From: Promethearchaeota archaeon
GTDB lineage: Archaea; Asgardarchaeota; Lokiarchaeia; Sigyniarchaeales; SOKP01
Assembly: GCA_016840165.1 (NCBI GenBank)
Contig: JAEOSU010000068.1
Location: 1 to 43,347, forward strand
Length of the DNA: 43,347 nucleotides
Reading direction: 5' to 3'
Part shown: positions 37,880 to 43,347 of the stretch, piece by piece
Layout of the letters: every line of letters begins with the position of its first letter
Position numbering within the stretch: the first letter of the stretch is position 1
The notes under the pieces: generated by a model
Seen by the model: the letters and a program-made list of their open reading frames with translations, nothing else
Database searches by the model: none
What the model was told of the DNA's origin: nothing
Made by a program: the position numbers and the translations under genes

Positions 37880-39484
37880 TTATTCTTCACCTTTTTTTGA
37901 AAGGCCAGAAGCAGCTATAACATCATCTATCTTTAAGATCATGGAAGAGACTTCAGTTGCCGATTGAATAGCTTGAGATAAAACAGAAAGAGGTTCAATA
38001 ACGCCAAGACTCATCATATTATCTGGTATTCCAGCATCAATATTTATCCCAAAATGCACTCCACTATCAGTTTCATGTTTAGATCGTAATTCTACTAATA
38101 AATCGACAGGATTATAACCTGCATTCTCTACAAGAGTCTTCGGAATACTTTCTAATGCATTAGCATAGATTTCAATTGCTAACTGTTCTCTACCACCAAT
38201 TGAGCTAGCAAACGTTCTTAATCGCTTAGCTAATTCAATTTCTGAGGCGCCGCCTCCCGCTAAGACATATGGATTCTCCATAGCAGCCTTGACTACGTGT
38301 AGAGCATCATTTATCATTCTTTCTGCCTCATCTACAACATGCTCTATTCCAGCTCTAATTAAGATACTTACTGCTTTTGGATCAGCACATTCGGATACAA
38401 AGATCATATTATCTTCCCCAATCTTCTTTTCCTCTACTTTACCTGCTTTACCTAAATCATTGGTAGAGATTTCAAATAAATTGTTAACGATTTTTGCGTT
38501 TGTAGCACGAGCTAATTTTTCCATGTCCGATTTCTTAACTCTTCTCACAGTGATTATATCATTTTGAGCAAGGAAGTTCTGAGCTTTGTCATCAACTCCT
38601 TTTTGACAAAATACAACGTTTACTCCAATGCTTTTCAGTTTGTTGACTTTTTTTCTCAGCATATTCGCCTCTTCTTCAAGGAATTGATTGATTTGATCAG
38701 GAGTTTGGACTCTAATCTCAGCATCGAATTCTGTTTTCTCAATTTCTAAAGAAGAATTAATTAACGCTATATTGGCATTCTTTATTGATTTTGGCATCAT
38801 AGGATGGACTACTTCTTTATCTACAATGATTCCATCAATTATTTTTGTATCGAGAAGACTTTTTCCTTCTTTTTTAATGATCTGAATTTGGTCCAAATCT
38901 ATCATTATATGATCTCCTCGCATTTCTCTTATTTGGCTAACAGCATCGACAGCGATTTGTGAAAAATGACTTTTCACACCTCCGATTAACTTACTATTCA
39001 TAGATGTTTCAGCGACTTGTTTTAAGATCTCTTTGTCGTTAATATCAATTGAAGAAGCTAATTTTTTTAAGATCTCTTTACTTTTTACTAGTGCTTTTCG
39101 ATATCCCCTAAAAATGATTGTGGGATGAACAGATTGTTCCATTAATTCTTGTGCAAAATTTAACAACTCACCAGCTATAACTACGCTCGTAGTTGTCCCA
39201 TCTCCTACTTTATCATCTTGTGTTTTTGCAACCTCTACTATCATTTTAGCAGCGGGATGTTCTACATCAATTGTATCTAAAATTGTTGCTCCATCATTTG
39301 TAATAGTGACGTCACCAAGTGAATCAACAAGCATTTTATCCATTCCTTTTGGTCCTAAAGTAGTTCTAACAGCTTCTGCTACCGCTATTGCGGCAGCGAT
39401 ATTATTTTTTTGAGCATCTTTACCTGTTTTTCTTTCAGTCCCTTCTTTCAATATTAGTATAGGAACTCCGGATAGTTGTGACAT
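37880..39484 (-). CDS. ths: Thermosome (group II chaperonin) subunit
   Basis: [39 protein letters not shown]. Confidence 0.97.
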   Translation of the reverse strand: MSQLSGVPILILKEGTERKTGKDAQKNNIAAAIAVAEAVRTTLGPKGMDKMLVDSLGDVTITNDGATILDTIDVEHPAAKMIVEVAKTQDDKVGDGTTTSVVIAGELLNFAQELMEQSVHPTIIFRGYRKALVKSKEILKKLASSIDINDKEILKQVAETSMNSKLIGGVKSHFSQIAVDAVSQIREMRGDHIMIDLDQIQIIKKEGKSLLDTKIIDGIIVDKEVVHPMMPKSIKNANIALINSSLEIEKTEFDAEIRVQTPDQINQFLEEEANMLRKKVNKLKSIGVNVVFCQKGVDDKAQNFLAQNDIITVRRVKKSDMEKLARATNAKIVNNLFEISTNDLGKAGKVEEKKIGEDNMIFVSECADPKAVSILIRAGIEHVVDEAERMINDALHVVKAAMENPYVLAGGGASEIELAKRLRTFASSIGGREQLAIEIYANALESIPKTLVENAGYNPVDLLVELRSKHETDSGVHFGINIDAGIPDNMMSLGVIEPLSVLSQAIQSATEVSSMILKIDDVIAASGLSKKGEE

Positions 39485-39678
39485 TTTAAATTCACATTTT
39501 TTGTATTAAATTATTAAGACTTATATAATGATCTCTAAGTCATAAAATTAAAAAAGTTTACGAAAATAAGATTTTCTCTAAAAAATTTATGTCTATAATA
39601 AAAATGATTTTTTTATCTTGAGATATTTCTAAGAAAGGGGGAAAAATTGTTGAGTTTAAAACACTTATACTTGAATAA

Positions 39679-41454
39679 ATGCAAATGTCTATTCATTTTT
39701 TTCTCGTCCATCTCTTTTCCCTAATAGGCAACACTATTTTCTATTATTATCGCAAAAAAGGATATTCTCTTCAAAGAGTCAAGTATGGAATTCTATTAAC
39801 TTTTTGCCTAAGTATTTTAAATTTTGGTTTCAATCTCTCATATTTTTTAAAAGAGGGTTCAAAAGAAATTTTAAATAATATTAATCAATACACCTATTAT
39901 ATTCTAAGTTTCAATCTCTCAATTTTTCTATTTGGACTTACTCTAATACTTTTCTTCTTGAACTTTTTTTATAGTAAAGATGACTCAATAGATCTTACGC
40001 CTCCATCATATCAAGATGCCAAACGAGGAACTTTTAAGATTGGAAGAATAATAAAAAAAGGGAATTGTAAATATCATTTTAAATTATCCTTAAACGATCT
40101 TGAAAAGCATATGTTTATCTGTGGTTCTACAGGTACCGGTAAAAGCAATTTTATGCAGAATTTATTGATAAATTTTAAAAAAAGTCATAATATTCCTTTT
40201 TTTTTAGTAGAATTTAAAGGAGAATATCATTTTTTACAAGAAAATATAAATGATTTACTAATTTTGTGGCCAGGTGAGAATTTTTCAATCAATATTTTTG
40301 ATCCAGGAAAATCTAATCCATCAATTCACGCAGAAAGAATATTTGATATATTAAAATCTGGAAGATTTTTGGACGATAATGCAGAATTCTCACCTCAAAT
40401 GGAAAAAGTGTTAATAGAGATATTAATTAAGGTATGTAAACAAAAGCATTTACAGAACTGGAAAGGCTTTGAACAATGTTGTAATGAGTATCTCACCAAA
40501 AATCGTAATCTAATCCCTATGCTAAAGCAAACTTTAATTAGCTTGAAGAATAGAATTAGAAGATTCTCATCAGGTCCGTTGAAAAGATTATTCGAGACTA
40601 AAAAAATGATTTCAATTCAAAAGATCTTCAAACAGAATGTGATATTAGATCTTAGTTCCATTATTCGCTTAGGAGGTGAAAAAGAAGATGCATTCTTTTT
40701 CCTTAATATGATATTGAAGTATTTATGGGATAGAAATCTAACTAAAGGAGCATATAATTTCGATGGAATTAGACATTTAACCATTATTGAGGATGCGCAG
40801 TACTTTGCTCCACAAAACTTGATAAAAAAATCAAAATTGACAACTTATATTGAAGATATTGCACTATTACAGAGGGGGACAGGAGAATGCTTAATTACAT
40901 TAGCTACCAGACCAGATATAAGTAAAGAGATTTTAGCCAACAACGGAATTGTATTAACATTTAAAAACCATATAGAAAAAGAGATTATCTGTGAATTATT
41001 AAACATTAATTTAGAGAAAAAGTATTATTTATCTAAATTAGAAGAGGGCGAATGTATTATTCGTGTAAATTCAATCAAAGAACCATTCTTATTAAAAATT
41101 CCATTGATTAAAAGAAAATTTTTAACCGTATCTGAAATAACTCGAAATAACAATAAAATTTTAAACAATATAAAAAGTAAAACAGCTTATCACTTAAATG
41201 AGAATAGAAATGAACAAAAAGTATCCTATAAAAAAGAAAAAGGAAAGAACACTAATTTTCTCCATAAATTGAAAAAATTGAAGAAAATCACTTATGAGAA
41301 TATAATTTTAGAAAAACTTTATCAAAATGAAAAAAACAAAAACCTAAATAATCAAATTGAAATAAAAAAAGATATAGATAAAGTTGATATTGAACGAAAG
41401 GAATTTATTGAATACATAAGCAGTTTAATTAATAATGAAGACAAAAATGAATAA
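39679..41454 (+). CDS. Membrane-anchored HerA/VirB4-like (DUF87) ATPase
   Basis: Two to three N-terminal hydrophobic segments, HMFICGSTGTGKS Walker A, EFKGEY, ILDLS, IIEDAQ Walker B variant, L..L..GECI. Confidence 0.8.
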   Translation: MQMSIHFFLVHLFSLIGNTIFYYYRKKGYSLQRVKYGILLTFCLSILNFGFNLSYFLKEGSKEILNNINQYTYYILSFNLSIFLFGLTLILFFLNFFYSKDDSIDLTPPSYQDAKRGTFKIGRIIKKGNCKYHFKLSLNDLEKHMFICGSTGTGKSNFMQNLLINFKKSHNIPFFLVEFKGEYHFLQENINDLLILWPGENFSINIFDPGKSNPSIHAERIFDILKSGRFLDDNAEFSPQMEKVLIEILIKVCKQKHLQNWKGFEQCCNEYLTKNRNLIPMLKQTLISLKNRIRRFSSGPLKRLFETKKMISIQKIFKQNVILDLSSIIRLGGEKEDAFFFLNMILKYLWDRNLTKGAYNFDGIRHLTIIEDAQYFAPQNLIKKSKLTTYIEDIALLQRGTGECLITLATRPDISKEILANNGIVLTFKNHIEKEIICELLNINLEKKYYLSKLEEGECIIRVNSIKEPFLLKIPLIKRKFLTVSEITRNNNKILNNIKSKTAYHLNENRNEQKVSYKKEKGKNTNFLHKLKKLKKITYENIILEKLYQNEKNKNLNNQIEIKKDIDKVDIERKEFIEYISSLINNEDKNE

Positions 41455-41486
41455 TTTTTAAGATATTGATATACTATATTTAATTA

Positions 41487-42698
41487 ATGAAACTAATCAT
41501 AGGAATCATAGGAAAACCAAGTTCAGGAAAATCTACGTTTTTAAATGCCTCTTGCTTAACAAACGCCAAAGTAAGTGAATTGCCATTTACTACTATCACT
41601 CCTAATAAGGGGATTGCATATGTAAAGACAAATTGTATGTGTCAAAAACTCAATTTAGAAGATAATCCGCAAAATTCATTGTGTATTGAAGGAAATAGAT
41701 TTATACCAATAAATTTACTAGATGTGGCGGGTTTAGTTCCTGATGCTCATAAAGGCAAAGGTTTAGGAAATAAATTTTTAAATGATCTAAGCACCGCAGA
41801 TATTTTACTTCACATCTTAGATATTACAGGATCCCTCGATAAATCTGGAAATTTAGTTATGGAGGGTGAAAACGATCCTTATGAAGATGTTATTTTTCTT
41901 GAAGAGGAAATTAATTTATGGTTCAAAGAAATTATTGAAAGAGAAGATTGGAATAAATTCATCAAATCATTCTCAAGAGAAAAAAGAGAATTCATAGATG
42001 AATTGCATAAAAGGTTATCTGGAATAAAAGTCAATAAAAAAGAGATATTACTCGCACTTAAGGAAACTAACCTAGAAGAAACAAATCCTAATGAGTGGAA
42101 TGAAAAGGATTTATACCATTTTTCAAAGAAATTAAGGGAAATTTCTAAACCAATCATAATTATAGCAAATAAAATTGATAAGGAAATTGGAAGAGAAAAC
42201 CTCAAAAAATTAAAAGAGAAATATTCTGGACCCATTATTCCTTGCAGCGCTTTAGCTGAATATTATTTGAGAAAATACCATGAAGATAAGTTAATAAAAT
42301 ACTTGCCAGGATCCAGTAGTTTTGAGATATTACAACCAGATAAGTTCAGTGTTGGAGAGTTAGAAGCACTTAATAATATAAAATCAAAAATTTTAGATCG
42401 CTATAAAGATACTGGAGTCCAAAAAACATTAAATTATTCTATATTTGAAATAGCAAATCAGATTTGTGTTTATCCGGTTTCTGATCTAAATTCATTTTCA
42501 GATAATAATGGCAATGTATTACCTGATGTAATGCTTGTCAAAAAAGGTACGCTTTTAAGGGATTTTGTAAGAGAAAAAATCCACACCGATTTGGCAAATC
42601 ATTTCATGTTTGGAATTAATGCTATTACCAAAAAAAGATTAGGAGAAAATTATGAATTACAACATAATGATATAATTAAAGTCGTAACTTCTAAATAA
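41487..42698 (+). CDS. ychF: YchF/OLA1-family translation-associated NTPase (archaeal type)
   Basis: GKPSSGKST, PFTTI.PN.G, DVAGLVP.AH.G.GLGNKFL, ANKID, TGS domain (IHTDL). Confidence 0.93.
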   Translation: MKLIIGIIGKPSSGKSTFLNASCLTNAKVSELPFTTITPNKGIAYVKTNCMCQKLNLEDNPQNSLCIEGNRFIPINLLDVAGLVPDAHKGKGLGNKFLNDLSTADILLHILDITGSLDKSGNLVMEGENDPYEDVIFLEEEINLWFKEIIEREDWNKFIKSFSREKREFIDELHKRLSGIKVNKKEILLALKETNLEETNPNEWNEKDLYHFSKKLREISKPIIIIANKIDKEIGRENLKKLKEKYSGPIIPCSALAEYYLRKYHEDKLIKYLPGSSSFEILQPDKFSVGELEALNNIKSKILDRYKDTGVQKTLNYSIFEIANQICVYPVSDLNSFSDNNGNVLPDVMLVKKGTLLRDFVREKIHTDLANHFMFGINAITKKRLGENYELQHNDIIKVVTSK

Positions 42699-42701
42699 CC
42701 A

Positions 42702-42863
42702 TTACTCTTGCTTAGAAGTCAATAAAATGTAAATTAAGATTATAATAATCAATGCGATACCTAAAATAACTACGATAAAGTTGAAGAATTCCTGTTCGGG
42801 AGTAAAATCTCCTTGAAAAAGAAAAATTAACACAAGCTGATAACAGTATAAAAAAATATTCAT
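42702..42863 (-). CDS. Small putative membrane protein (53 aa); missing from the ORF track
   Basis: MNIFLYCYQLVLIFLFQGDFTPEQEFFNFIVVILGIALIIIILIYILLTSKQE; converges on the ychF stop. Confidence 0.45.
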   Translation of the reverse strand: MNIFLYCYQLVLIFLFQGDFTPEQEFFNFIVVILGIALIIIILIYILLTSKQE

Positions 42864-42942
42864 AATCGTAATTCATAAATATATGAGATATTAAAAAAAT
42901 TTTCCTAATTATATTAATTAGGTTTTTAGAATAAAAGGAAAG

Positions 42943-43046
42943 TGGACCTGACGGGAATTGAACCCGTGACCTCTTGAGTGCAAGTCTTGTTAATCAAGTA
43001 AATTACTCGTTTAAAGTCAAGCGATCTGCTACTGATCTACAGGCCC
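42943..43046 (-). tRNA. tRNA-Ala(TGC) with a 32-nt intron at 32/33 (42984-43015)
   Basis: GGGCCTG/CAGGTCC acceptor stem with G3-U70, CTTGA-CTTGCAC-TCAAG after splicing, ACGGG-TTCAATT-CCCGT T arm; spliced length 72 nt. Confidence 0.93.
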
Positions 43047-43126
43047 TTAAATCAAAAACTTAAAAAAAGAAAAAAGAAAATTAAGAACTCATAGCAATTT
43101 TTTGATATAATTCCATTTTTAATAAA

Positions 43127-43347
<221 letters not shown>

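Noticed and set aside
37880-37920. Thermosome lacking a GGM-rich C-terminal tail
   Set aside because: Tail composition varies widely among group II chaperonin paralogs, so this is not remarkable.
3563-42235. Short antisense or nested ORFs (e.g. 3563-3820, 4137-4355, 5953-6153, 6111-6446, 11587-11847, 16017-16544, 21647-21889, 31667-32275, 38289-38749, 41879-42235)
   Set aside because: They overlap well-supported genes on the opposite strand or in another frame and carry no motifs.
43047-43085. U-rich tract between 16S and tRNA-Ala as a terminator
   Set aside because: Plausible, but not distinguishable from background in this AT-rich genome without transcript data.

Overview
AT-rich archaeal housekeeping region, very likely Asgard (Lokiarchaeia-like), judged from a profilin-like gene, a Rab-like GTPase, a roadblock-domain gene, an Asgard-type RING protein and a large 23S expansion segment. 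The 5' part of a 23S rRNA (minus strand) lies at the left end and the 3' end of a 16S rRNA plus tRNA-Ala (minus strand) at the right, so the two rRNA genes are about 42 kb apart. About 45 CDS lie between them, covering translation and ribosome biogenesis (aRF1, aIF2beta, NMD3, Rio1, Dim2, Tsr3, YchF), CoA synthesis (PanE, PoK, PPS), FtsZ, TFB, RPA subunits, the thermosome and a GET3-like ATPase. Three genes missing from the ORF track were found by hand: RpoP, a 53-aa membrane ORF, and aIF1/SUI1. The aIF1 gene has no ATG/GTG/TTG between an upstream in-frame stop and its conserved N-terminus, which suggests AUA/AUU initiation and start-codon-fidelity autoregulation. Six tRNA genes carry eight BHB-type introns, seven at non-canonical sites, including a three-intron tRNA-Asn and a two-intron initiator tRNA. 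tRNA-Glu has C in place of the near-invariant U33. All calls come from manual motif recognition; no searches were run.
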